Below, one piece after another: positions 1 through 7,426 of a stretch of DNA of 25,457 bases. Each line of letters starts with the position of its first letter. Positions within the stretch are counted from its first letter, which is position 1. The translations under genes and the position numbers were made by a program. Below the pieces are notes generated by a model. It searched no databases. It saw only the letters and a list, made by a program, of their open reading frames with translations, and was not told the origin of the DNA. Origin of the DNA: Oscillospiraceae bacterium (lineage in GTDB: Bacteria > Bacillota > Clostridia > Oscillospirales > Ruminococcaceae); assembly GCA_045638185.1 (NCBI GenBank), contig JAZUAX010000125.1, positions 1 to 25,457 on the forward strand, written 5' to 3'.

Positions 1-174
1 CAGGCCTATTATATTAAATCCAAGGGAAAAATATAGCAAAACCGTTGAAAAAATGCTTTCTGTAAAAATCAGAAGAACAAGGCATCCGAAAAGGCAGATC
101 ATTCCGGAAAGAATAAAAATCAGACCGCGTTTTTTGCTGGAAAGTCCTTCCCAAAAATTTATGATTCTGTTCAT
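1..174 (-). CDS. hypothetical small membrane protein, N-terminal 58 codons (partial, runs off the window start)
   Basis: ATG at 172-174 (minus) is preceded by GAAAGGA. It reads MNRIINFWEGLSSKKRGLIFILSGMICLFGCLVLLIFTESIFSTVLLYFSLGFNIIGL and stays open to position 1. The sequence is hydrophobic and TM-like. It lies 14 nt downstream of the stop of the preceding gene. It falls below the ORF-track length cutoff. Confidence 0.4.
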   Translation of the reverse strand, partial: MNRIINFWEGLSSKKRGLIFILSGMICLFGCLVLLIFTESIFSTVLLYFSLGFNIIGL

Positions 175-188
175 GGCTGTCCTTTCGT

Positions 189-719
189 TTAAGGAAGATA
201 ATAATCTATAATTTCTTTTGCGGTTGCTTTGTCGTCTTCGGAAAGCATAAGCATCACAACAAGTTCGCCTGCCTCATAAATTTCGGCACCCATTCCAATA
301 TCATAGGAATCGTAAACGTCATAATTTCTGAATTCGCTGATTCGGTCGTCCTTGCGGTTTTCAAGGGATTCAATGACTTCGCCGGATTTTCCTTCTGCTA
401 CACGAATTATGGCAACGTCAGCAACGCCATAGCTTCCGTTTGCGCTTCGGATCTCATAAGATATCACGTTTTCGATATTGAGATAGAACTGTTCGGAAAT
501 CAAAGTTTCATCGGTTATTACGTCGATGCTTTTTCTTGTAAGTTCGCTTATTTCAAGCTTTCCGTAAATTTCGTTGGCAACAAGAGAAAGGTCAAGCATA
601 TCATAGCTGAATTCTTCCGGGTTCAGTTCTTCTTCAATTTTTTCCCCTTCGGAACATCCGCAAAAAAGAACGGCAATAAGCGCGGCAAGTGCTGCAAGAA
701 TAAAAATTTTATTTTTCAA
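189..719 (-). CDS. DUF4358-like secreted lipoprotein
   Basis: The track ORF is 189..800. There is an internal AAAGGAGG 7 nt upstream of TTG at 719, giving MKNKIFILAALAALIAVLFCGC with a lipobox (LFCGC). ATG at 737 is an alternative start. The mature part resembles the DUF4358 family of Clostridia, from memory only. Confidence 0.7.
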   Translation of the reverse strand: MKNKIFILAALAALIAVLFCGCSEGEKIEEELNPEEFSYDMLDLSLVANEIYGKLEISELTRKSIDVITDETLISEQFYLNIENVISYEIRSANGSYGVADVAIIRVAEGKSGEVIESLENRKDDRISEFRNYDVYDSYDIGMGAEIYEAGELVVMLMLSEDDKATAKEIIDYYLP

Positions 720-902
720 TGCGGCGCCTCCTTTCATATAAATAAAAATTATAGCTGTTTTTTTATCTTTTTTGGTTAACTGTCTGTTAATTATGGGCAT
801 ACTATTCTATTATATATTAAGATTATATTACTTTTTTACCTTTAACACAATATCAAAAAAAACATCTTTTTAAAAAAATATAAATTTCTTCCATTTTTAA
901 TA

Positions 903-931
903 TTGACAAAAGCTTTTCCCTTTGATATAAT
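903..931 (+). promoter_or_regulatory. sigma-70 type promoter of the tRNA operon
   Basis: TTGACA (903-908), a 17-nt spacer, then TATAAT (926-931) with TGn immediately upstream (923-925). It lies 15 nt upstream of tRNA-Gly. Confidence 0.65.
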
Positions 932-945
932 TATTCGTGCGTTAT

Positions 946-1019
946 GCGGATGTAATTCATTGGTAGAATGCCAGCCTTCCAAGCTGGATAGGGGGGTTCG
1001 ATTCCCCTCATCCGCTCCA
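946..1019 (+). tRNA. tRNA-Gly (anticodon TCC)
   Basis: Hand-folded cloverleaf: acceptor GCGGATG/CATCCGC, anticodon arm CCAGC-CTTCCAA-GCTGG, T loop TTCGATT, encoded CCA. Confidence 0.9.
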
Positions 1020-1025
1020 AATTTT

Positions 1026-1102
1026 GCGCCGTTAGCTCAGCTGGATAGAGCATCTGCCTTCTAAGCAGAGGGCCGGGGGTTCGAGTCCCTCACGGCGCGC
1101 CA
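1026..1102 (+). tRNA. tRNA-Arg (anticodon TCT)
   Basis: Acceptor GCGCCGT/ACGGCGC, D arm GCTC-AGCTGGATA-GAGC, anticodon arm TCTGC-CTTCTAA-GCAGA, T loop TTCGAGT, encoded CCA. Confidence 0.9.
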
Positions 1103-1127
1103 GGCAGTTTTTATTAACTGCCGATAT

Positions 1128-1206
1128 GGTGGATGTAGCGTAGCTGGCCTAACGCGTCAGATTGTGGCTCTGAAGACCGTGGGTTCGAATCCCACCCTCC
1201 ACCCCA
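1128..1206 (+). tRNA. tRNA-His (anticodon GTG)
   Basis: An extra G at -1 pairs with C73, which is the His identity feature. Anticodon arm TCAGA-TTGTGGC-TCTGA, T arm GTGGG-TTCGAAT-CCCAC, encoded CCA. There is one U6-C67 mismatch in the acceptor stem. Confidence 0.85.
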
Positions 1207-1266
1207 TATAAAACGACTTTCGCCCATAGTGTAAAAACTGTGGGCGCTTTTACTATAGTTTAATAT

Positions 1267-1342
1267 TGGGGCGTCGCCAAGCGGTAAGGCACAGGACTTT
1301 GACTCCTGCATCTCGTGGGTCCGAATCCCGCCGCCCCAACCA
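1267..1342 (+). tRNA. tRNA-Gln (anticodon TTG)
   Basis: U1-A72 acceptor TGGGGCG/CGCCCCA. The D region TCGCCAAGCGGTAAGGCAC is identical to the E. coli tRNA-Gln sequence as I recall it. Anticodon arm CAGGA-CTTTGAC-TCCTG, encoded CCA. The T loop reads TCCGAAT, which is atypical (see findings). Confidence 0.8.
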
Positions 1343-1347
1343 AAAAA

Positions 1348-1380
1348 GTCTTTCCCTTTACGGGAAAGGCTTTTTTATTT
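1348..1380 (+). terminator. intrinsic terminator after tRNA-Gln
   Basis: GTCTTTCCC-TTTAC-GGGAAAGGC (9 bp including one G-U) followed by TTTTTTATTT. An A-run on the 5' side makes the shape bidirectional. Confidence 0.75.
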
Positions 1381-1514
1381 CGGCGAGGATGAAAACCCAC
1401 AGGGTCCGTACCTGACGTCCCGAAAATTCAAGTCAGAGGCGCAGTATTTTCGGCTGACGGAAGCAATCCAGAGAGCGAAGCGATTCGGAAATCCCGCCGC
1501 CCCAACCAAAAAAG
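1381..1514 (+). other. GC-rich non-coding spacer ending in a second copy of the tRNA-Gln 3' end (possible att-type scar or structured RNA)
   Basis: The 24-nt run ATCCCGCCGCCCCAACCAAAAAAG at 1325-1348 recurs exactly at 1491-1514. The segment is much more GC-rich than other intergenic DNA here. Hand-folding gives a closing helix (1381-1390 with 1491-1499) and a 12-bp hairpin (1416-1428 with 1446-1459). Confidence 0.4.
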
Positions 1515-1541
1515 GTCTTCCCCTCCGGGAAGACCTTTTTT
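1508..1541. terminator. bidirectional intrinsic terminator
   Basis: AAAAAA-GGTCTTCCC-CTCC-GGGAAGACC-TTTTTT. It serves the minus-strand gene ending at 1558 and any plus-strand readthrough from the tRNA operon. Its sequence is related to the 1348-1380 terminator. Confidence 0.8.
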
Positions 1542-1557
1542 ATTTCTAATGTATTAT

Positions 1558-2184
1558 TCAGAATTCCGCACCGCAGTAATCACATTTTTTCGCATCTTCT
1601 TTAATCGGTGCGCTGCAATAGGGGCAGCGGCGTTCCTTCGGCTCCTCTTTTTTCTTTGCAGAATTCGGAGAAATTATGATTCTCTTGAGGGGTTTAAGGA
1701 TATGAGGAAGAATTGCGCCAAAAACAAAGGCAATTATAATTCCGGCAATAATTCTCGGAACAATTCCGCCGAAAACATAGGCAACGGAATAATATCCGTA
1801 GATCTTGGAATCGATATACATCATCAGGGTGTTAACGACGGTAACAGCAAGAGCACTTGAAATTGTGATAAACTGGGTCTGCTTAAAGCTCATATCAAAA
1901 TTATGGTGTTTTGCATAAAGACCGATCAGAAGTCCTCTGACACCTGCAGGAATGATCCAGAGCACCGTTGTGGGAGTAAGTCCCCAGGTTATAAGCTGGT
2001 TGATAAAGCTTCCGCAAAGGCCTATAAGCATTCCGTCAACAGGCCCGAAAAGTGCTGCGCCGACGATTATAGGCAGACTGTCGAGGGTGAATTTCATGTT
2101 GCCTGCGTTGATTGTGGCAACAAGGCTTAGCACCACATACATTGCTATGAGCATTGCGTTGGTAACAAGGCGTTTCGGTTTCAT
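1558..2184 (-). CDS. ECF transporter S component (folate-family-like) with C-terminal zinc-ribbon tail
   Basis: 208 aa, about 6 TM, with an S-component-like segment FTLDSLPIIVGAALFGPVDGMLIGLCGSF. The C-terminal tail KKKEEPKERRCPYCSAPIKEDAKKCDYCGAEF has CxxC-N10-CxxC. RBS AAGGAGG lies 10 nt upstream of the ATG. Confidence 0.7.
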   Translation of the reverse strand: MKPKRLVTNAMLIAMYVVLSLVATINAGNMKFTLDSLPIIVGAALFGPVDGMLIGLCGSFINQLITWGLTPTTVLWIIPAGVRGLLIGLYAKHHNFDMSFKQTQFITISSALAVTVVNTLMMYIDSKIYGYYSVAYVFGGIVPRIIAGIIIAFVFGAILPHILKPLKRIIISPNSAKKKEEPKERRCPYCSAPIKEDAKKCDYCGAEF

Positions 2185-2223
2185 GGTATCTGCGCCTCCT
2201 TAATGCATTAAAAATATTGAATT

Positions 2224-3318
2224 TTATACGTTGAACAGGAATTCGACAATGTCGCCGTCCTGCATAACATATTCTTTACCTTCGCTTTTCATAAGGCCTT
2301 TTTCTTTTGCTGCGTTCCAGGAACCAAGAGCAATAAGATCGTCATATTTAACGATTTCCGCACGGATAAAGCCTTTTTCAAAGTCGGAATGGATTGCACC
2401 TGCAGCTTTGGGAGCCTTTGTGCCTTTTTTAATGGTCCATGCGCGAACCTCTTTTTTGCCTGCGGTGAGATAGCTCATAAGACCAAGAAGATCATAGCTT
2501 GCTTTGATCATACGGTCAAGGCCGGATTCTTCAAGATTGATTTCTGCAAGGAATTCTTTCTTTTCGTCCGGTTCCATATCGGAAATTTCTTCCTCAAATC
2601 TTGCACAAACGGGCATTACTGCAGAATTTTCGGATTTTGCAATTTCTTCAACAGCTTTATAGTTTTCGTTATTTTCAACGCCTTCAACAAAATCATCTTC
2701 GCTCATGTTTGCAGCATAGATGATAGGTTTGTTGGAAAGAAGCGGAAGAGCATTGATGATTTCTTTTTCTTCATCGTCGCAGGAGAAAGCTCTGGCGGAT
2801 TTGCCTTCCTCAAGGTGTACTTTGAGCTGTTTGAGAAGTGCAAGCTCATCAGCAAGGCTGCGGTCGCCCTTCATATCTTTTTCAACTCTTGCAATTCTTC
2901 TGTCGAGGATCTCGATATCGGAGAAGATGAGTTCAAGGTTGATAACTTCGATATCGCGTCCGGCGTTGACGGAACCGTCAACGTGGATTACGTTATCGTC
3001 GCTGAAGCAGCGGACAACATGGATAAGAGCATCTACTTCGCGGATGTTTGCAAGGAATTTGTTGCCGAGGCCTTCGCCTTTTGCCGCACCTTTTACAAGA
3101 CCTGCAATATCAACGAATTCAACGGTTGCGGGGGTATATTTTTCCGGCTGATAAATTTCCGCAAGTTTATCAAGGCGGGGTTCCGGAACAGCAACAATAC
3201 CTACGTTGGGTTCAATGGTGCAGAAAGGATAGTTTGCTGCCTGAGCGCCTGCATTTGTGATTGCGTTAAAAAGGGTGGATTTTCCTACGTTAGCAAGTCC
3301 GATCATTCCGAGTTTCAT
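2224..3318 (-). CDS. ychF: redox-regulated ribosome-binding ATPase YchF
   Basis: 364 aa. N-terminus MKLGMIGLANVGKSTLFNAIT (G1 motif), NYPFCTIEPNVG, and a C-terminal TGS-like end VMQDGDIVEFLFNV. This is the canonical YchF/OLA1 architecture. Confidence 0.95.
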   Translation of the reverse strand: MKLGMIGLANVGKSTLFNAITNAGAQAANYPFCTIEPNVGIVAVPEPRLDKLAEIYQPEKYTPATVEFVDIAGLVKGAAKGEGLGNKFLANIREVDALIHVVRCFSDDNVIHVDGSVNAGRDIEVINLELIFSDIEILDRRIARVEKDMKGDRSLADELALLKQLKVHLEEGKSARAFSCDDEEKEIINALPLLSNKPIIYAANMSEDDFVEGVENNENYKAVEEIAKSENSAVMPVCARFEEEISDMEPDEKKEFLAEINLEESGLDRMIKASYDLLGLMSYLTAGKKEVRAWTIKKGTKAPKAAGAIHSDFEKGFIRAEIVKYDDLIALGSWNAAKEKGLMKSEGKEYVMQDGDIVEFLFNV

Positions 3319-3539
3319 AACTTAAAACGTCCTTTTCTATATTAGTTTTTGAATATCAAAAGCAAGTTTCGATAATATAACATCATAATTATACAGCAAA
3401 TCGGCGAATTAACAAGAGAAATTATGAAAAAATATGAAAAATGTTCAAGATGTGTTCACTATTCCGGAGAAAAATGCGCTATAATATATATAATACATTA
3501 AAAATTGACCAACCCTACTAAAAGAGGAGGACAAAATAA

Positions 3540-4235
3540 ATGACAAACGCAAAAATCCTTATCGCGGATGACGACAGAAATATCTGCGAACTTTTAAAGA
3601 TCTATCTTGAAAAAGAAAACTATACTGTTGTTCTTGCCGGTGACGGCGAAGAAGCTCTTGCAAAATTTGATGAGGAAGAACCGGATATCATTCTTCTCGA
3701 TGTTATGATGCCCCGCCTTGATGGCTGGCAGGTTTGCCGCGAACTCCGCAAAAAATCCGAGTGCCCGGTTATTATGATCACCGCAAAAGGCGAAACTTTC
3801 GATAAGGTCCTCGGCCTTGAGCTCGGCGCAGACGATTATGTTGTAAAACCCTTTGAACCCAAAGAAATCGTTGCAAGGGTAAAAGCCGTTCTCCGCAGAA
3901 CCGGCAAAGCAAATTCCGAAAATGACAAAAAAGAAGTTAACTATGATAAGCTTACCGTTAACATGACAAAATATGAACTCAAGGTTGACGGAAAGGTTGT
4001 TGATACCCCTCCGAAAGAACTTGAACTTCTTTTCCACCTTGCCTCCAACCCCAACAGAGTTTACACCCGAGACCAGCTTCTTGATGAAGTTTGGGGATTT
4101 GAATATTACGGCGATTCCAGAACCGTTGACGTTCATGTAAAACGTCTCCGTGAAAAACTCGAGGGCGTTTCCGAAAACTGGAGCCTTAAAACCGTTTGGG
4201 GCGTCGGATATAAATTTGAAACGAAAGAAAACTGA
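3540..4235 (+). CDS. OmpR-family response regulator transcription factor
   Basis: 231 aa. Receiver domain (DD...D at LLDVMMP, K in VVKPF) plus a winged-helix C-terminus (TVWGVGYKF). RBS GAGGAGG. Confidence 0.92.
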   Translation: MTNAKILIADDDRNICELLKIYLEKENYTVVLAGDGEEALAKFDEEEPDIILLDVMMPRLDGWQVCRELRKKSECPVIMITAKGETFDKVLGLELGADDYVVKPFEPKEIVARVKAVLRRTGKANSENDKKEVNYDKLTVNMTKYELKVDGKVVDTPPKELELLFHLASNPNRVYTRDQLLDEVWGFEYYGDSRTVDVHVKRLREKLEGVSENWSLKTVWGVGYKFETKEN

Positions 4236-4237
4236 TT

Positions 4238-5725
4238 ATGTCCAGATTTAAACAGAGTTTGAAAAAATCGCTGTTCAACCGTTATTTTGCAATCTGTTCC
4301 GTAGTCATTCTTGCCACAATAACCCTTATGGGCGGACTTGTAATCGGATTTTCCGGAAGATACTTCAGCGAAACCGCAAGAGACACCCTCCGGAAAAATG
4401 CAGAACAGGCCGCGCAGATAACTCTCAGCGGAATGGAAAATTACGGATATAACAAAGTTCCGGTTTCAACAGTTCAAAACGGTTACAGAATAATTTCCTC
4501 AACAACCGAAACACAGATTTTTCTTGTTAATCTTGAAGGGAAAACCCTTATCTGTTCTGAAGGAGAAAACTGCAACCACAGAACATACGGAATTCCCGAG
4601 GACGTTATGGAAGAGGCCGTTTCCGGAGAATATGACGGAACGGGAACTCTTGACGGAATTTATGACAATTCTCATTATATCGTCGGAATCCCGGTTAAAA
4701 ACGGCGAAGAAGTTCTTGCGGTGCTTTTTGCTTCCACCGAAGCGACCGACGTCTGGTTCTTCATTATGGACCTTATGGATATAATTTTCTTCTGCGCGCT
4801 TATTGCAACAGCCGTTTCCTCAATTGCAATATATTTTGTAACAAACAGCATGACGAAGCCTTTGCGCGGAATGGCCGCCGCAGCAAGAAGTTTTTCCACA
4901 GGAGATTTTACCGTAAGAGTTCCTGCGGAAGGCGAAGACGAAATTGCTCAGCTTGCCCGCTCCTTTAACCACATGGCGGATTCCATGGCGGATCTTGAAT
5001 CCGTAAGGCGAAGTTTTATTGCAAACGTTTCCCACGAACTCAAAACTCCGATGATGACCATCGGCGGATTTATCGACGGAATTCTCGACGGAACTGTTCC
5101 CGAAGAAAAACGCAAGCAATATCTGCTTATTGTTTCCGAAGAAATAAAACGTCTTTCACGGCTTGTTAAATCCATGCTCAGCATTGCAAGGATCGAAGCC
5201 GGGGATATGAAACTCAATCCTTCGGATTTTGATGTCAACGAGCTTGTGTGCCGCACCGTTTTTTCCTTTGAACAAAAAATCGAAGAGAAAAAGCTGGAAA
5301 TCATGGGACTTGAATCCGACGAAGTTTTTGTAAACGCAGACAACGACCTTATTCATCAGGTTGTTTATAACCTTATTGACAACGCAGTAAAATTTGTTAA
5401 TGAAGGCGGATGCATTTCCTTCTCCTATACACAGAAAGACGGAAAAGTTTTTGTTTCCGTCCGAAACACCGGCGTTGGAATTGCACAGCAGGAACTTCCG
5501 AGACTTTTCGACAGATTTTATAAAACCGATAAATCAAGAAGCCTCGATAAAACCGGAGTCGGTCTTGGCCTTTATATAGTACAGACCATAGTAAATCAGC
5601 ACAAAGGCGACCTTCTCGTAAAAAGCGTTGAAGGAGAATATACTGAATTCACTTTTTCGATCCCGGCTTCCGACCCTAAAGTTCTTAAGGAAAAGAACAA
5701 ACGCAGAATTTCCGAGGAAAATTGA
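4238..5725 (+). CDS. sensor histidine kinase (2 TM, HAMP, HisKA, HATPase_c)
   Basis: 495 aa. H-box FIANVSHELKTPM, N-box DNAVKF, G-boxes RNTGVGI and GVGLGL. Its start is 2 nt after the regulator's stop. Confidence 0.92.
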   Translation: MSRFKQSLKKSLFNRYFAICSVVILATITLMGGLVIGFSGRYFSETARDTLRKNAEQAAQITLSGMENYGYNKVPVSTVQNGYRIISSTTETQIFLVNLEGKTLICSEGENCNHRTYGIPEDVMEEAVSGEYDGTGTLDGIYDNSHYIVGIPVKNGEEVLAVLFASTEATDVWFFIMDLMDIIFFCALIATAVSSIAIYFVTNSMTKPLRGMAAAARSFSTGDFTVRVPAEGEDEIAQLARSFNHMADSMADLESVRRSFIANVSHELKTPMMTIGGFIDGILDGTVPEEKRKQYLLIVSEEIKRLSRLVKSMLSIARIEAGDMKLNPSDFDVNELVCRTVFSFEQKIEEKKLEIMGLESDEVFVNADNDLIHQVVYNLIDNAVKFVNEGGCISFSYTQKDGKVFVSVRNTGVGIAQQELPRLFDRFYKTDKSRSLDKTGVGLGLYIVQTIVNQHKGDLLVKSVEGEYTEFTFSIPASDPKVLKEKNKRRISEEN

Positions 5726-5798
5726 GAAAAATATTGTTTTTTCAGCAAAAAAATTAAATTTTTTATCAGTTGTTTATTTTTATTTAACAATTATTTGT

Positions 5799-5804
5799 TA
5801 AAAT
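5799..5804 (+). promoter_or_regulatory. candidate extended -10 element for the htrA-like gene
   Basis: TGTTAAAAT (TGn + TAAAAT) about 40 nt upstream of the ATG. The -35 position is poor (ATTTTT). It is overlapped by the palindrome TTAACAA-TTAT-TTGTTAA (5784-5801). Confidence 0.35.
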
Positions 5805-5843
5805 ATGCATAAGAAATCTTAGCCCCCAGAGAGGTATTTCAAT

Positions 5844-7367
5844 ATGGACGAATTCGAAAGAAACGAAATCAACGAAAATCCTGCCGAAGTAACGAACGAA
5901 GCACCTAAAACCGAGGAACGTTCCGAACGCAACACAAATGCTCCTTCCGGCTGGACTTATTCCGCCAACACTAACCAATATGTTTCCTGGGACGGAAGTT
6001 CCGATTCCAACAACACACAGTGGAATCCCGGAAACCCGCAGAAAACCGAACAGCAGCCTCCCAGAAGAGAATACGGCACTCAGTACGGTTACTATGGCGG
6101 TCCCCAGCAGACCAATTATTACAGCACAAACGGAAACTATCAGTGGGATTTCAATAAATATGAAAGCGCGGAACAAAACTCCGCACCCGCAAAAAAATCC
6201 GCAGGAAAAGGTTTTAAGGTTTTTGCCGGAATAATTGCCGCTCTTCTCGGAGTTTGCATTATTTCCCTTTCTTCCGTCGGAATTTATCGCATGCTCACAG
6301 GAGAAAACCGTGTTTCTTCTCCGGAAATTTTCCGTCCTTCCGTTCAGGAAGAAACCACTCTTCCGGAAGAAATCGATCCTCCCAAGCTCGATCTGCAGGA
6401 TATTCCGAAAGAGGATACCGTTTCCACCGACGGAAAACTTTCCGCAACTGAGGTTTATAAGCTCACAAGTCCTTCCGTTGTCGGAATTGTTCAGTATCAG
6501 TACAGCTATTCCTTTGAACCCGCAGGTTCCGGTTCCGGAATCATTCTCAGCGATAACGGTTATATCGTAACCAACGCCCACGTTATTGACGGAGCTGAAA
6601 CCGTCAAGGTCGTTCTTTATAACGAGGAAGAATATGAAGCAAAAATCATCGGCGCAGACAACCAGACCGATATCGCAGTGCTCAAAATCGAAGCTGATAA
6701 CCTTGTTGAAGCGGAATTCGGCGATTCTTCCCAGGTTGAAATCGGCGAAACTGTTTATGCTCTCGGAAATCCCGGCGGCCTCAGCCTTCAGTCCAGCTTT
6801 ACTGACGGCATGATAAGCGGACTTAACCGTGTTATCACCACCGACGACAGCATCTATTCCATGACCGTTCTTCAGACCAGCGCAGCAATCAACCCCGGTA
6901 ACTCCGGCGGTGCTCTTATCAATGAATACGGCCAGGTAATCGGAATCACCAGCGCGAAGATCATCTCCACCGATTATGAGGGAATCGGTTTTGCGATCCC
7001 CACCGAAGCAGCAAAACCCATTATTGAAGAAATCATCAAAAACGGCTATGTTTCCGGAAGAGCAAAGCTTGGCATTACCGGAACCACAGTTGATTCCGTA
7101 ACTGCAAGATATTACAACGTTCCGGAAGGCGTTCAGATAATCACCATCGAACAGGACGGCTGCCTTTACGGCACCGAAGCAAAAATCGGCGATATCATAA
7201 TCGGATTCAAAGGCGAGGATATCACCAGAATGGAAGATCTCCAGTCCGCTCTTGCGGAATGTTCCCCCGGCGATGAAGTTGAAATAACTCTTTACCGCTA
7301 TTCCGCAACCGGAATGAACAACCGTACTTTTACTATAACAGTAAAACTCGCAGAAAACAAAGGCTGA
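5844..7367 (+). CDS. S1C (HtrA/DegP-like) serine protease with PDZ domain and long N/Q/Y-rich cytoplasmic N-terminus
   Basis: 507 aa. One TM (FAGIIAALLGVCIISL). Catalytic motifs TNAHV, DIAVLK and GNSGGAL. C-terminal PDZ-like region. RBS AGAGAGG. Confidence 0.9.
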   Translation: MDEFERNEINENPAEVTNEAPKTEERSERNTNAPSGWTYSANTNQYVSWDGSSDSNNTQWNPGNPQKTEQQPPRREYGTQYGYYGGPQQTNYYSTNGNYQWDFNKYESAEQNSAPAKKSAGKGFKVFAGIIAALLGVCIISLSSVGIYRMLTGENRVSSPEIFRPSVQEETTLPEEIDPPKLDLQDIPKEDTVSTDGKLSATEVYKLTSPSVVGIVQYQYSYSFEPAGSGSGIILSDNGYIVTNAHVIDGAETVKVVLYNEEEYEAKIIGADNQTDIAVLKIEADNLVEAEFGDSSQVEIGETVYALGNPGGLSLQSSFTDGMISGLNRVITTDDSIYSMTVLQTSAAINPGNSGGALINEYGQVIGITSAKIISTDYEGIGFAIPTEAAKPIIEEIIKNGYVSGRAKLGITGTTVDSVTARYYNVPEGVQIITIEQDGCLYGTEAKIGDIIIGFKGEDITRMEDLQSALAECSPGDEVEITLYRYSATGMNNRTFTITVKLAENKG

Positions 7368-7380
7368 TAAAGCAAACAAA

Positions 7381-7417
7381 AAAGACCTTTTGCAGATTTG
7401 CAAAAGGTCTTTTTTAT
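7381..7417. terminator. bidirectional intrinsic terminator
   Basis: AAAGACCTTTTGCA-GATT-TGCAAAAGGTCTTT, a 14-bp stem flanked by A-run and T-run. It lies between convergent genes ending at 7367 (+) and 7427 (-). Confidence 0.85.
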
Positions 7418-7426
7418 TTATTTGAA

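Noticed and set aside
1114-1311. 65-aa minus-strand ORF.
   Set aside because: It lies entirely across tRNA-His, the inter-tRNA spacer and the 5' part of tRNA-Gln. The tRNA genes explain the sequence.
940-1550. Possibility of a genomic island or prophage integrated at the tRNA cluster.
   Set aside because: No integrase, recombinase or foreign-looking genes flank the tRNAs. The duplicated tRNA-Gln end encloses only about 166 bp. At most it is a scar.
1382-1552. Open reading frame of 56 codons (GEDENPQGPYLTSRKFKSEAQYFRLTEAIQRAKRFGNPAAP...) through the GC-rich spacer.
   Set aside because: It has no ATG/GTG/TTG with an RBS. Upstream the frame runs straight out of tRNA-Gln and its terminator, and downstream it reads through the second terminator. 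I treat the region as non-coding, although a remnant of a lost gene cannot be excluded.
1549-2203. Plus-strand ORFs 1549..1860, 1903..2130 and 1952..2203.
   Set aside because: They are antisense to the ECF S-component gene, which has an RBS, TM topology and family motifs. The first would also start inside the bidirectional terminator.
3424-3501. 25-aa ORF MKKYEKCSRCVHYSGEKCAIIYIIH in the ychF-regulator intergenic region.
   Set aside because: It has only a weak purine stretch 4 nt upstream. Its 3' third is an AT-rich run containing a TATAAT hexamer that could be the regulator's -10 box, although I found no well-spaced -35. The Cys pattern is too short to be diagnostic. It is probably chance.
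5844-6240. N/Q/Y/G-rich low-complexity N-terminus of about 130 aa on the HtrA-like protease.
   Set aside because: As far as I recall, disordered cytoplasmic N-terminal extensions are not unusual on membrane-anchored HtrA proteases of Firmicutes. There is no repeat structure or separate ORF.
5784-7403. 539-aa minus-strand ORF covering the whole htrA-like gene.
   Set aside because: It lies in the codon-aligned antisense frame of a gene with clear catalytic motifs (GNSGG and others). Its product is low-complexity (Phe/Gly/Cys-rich), has no RBS and resembles no known family. It is a shadow ORF.
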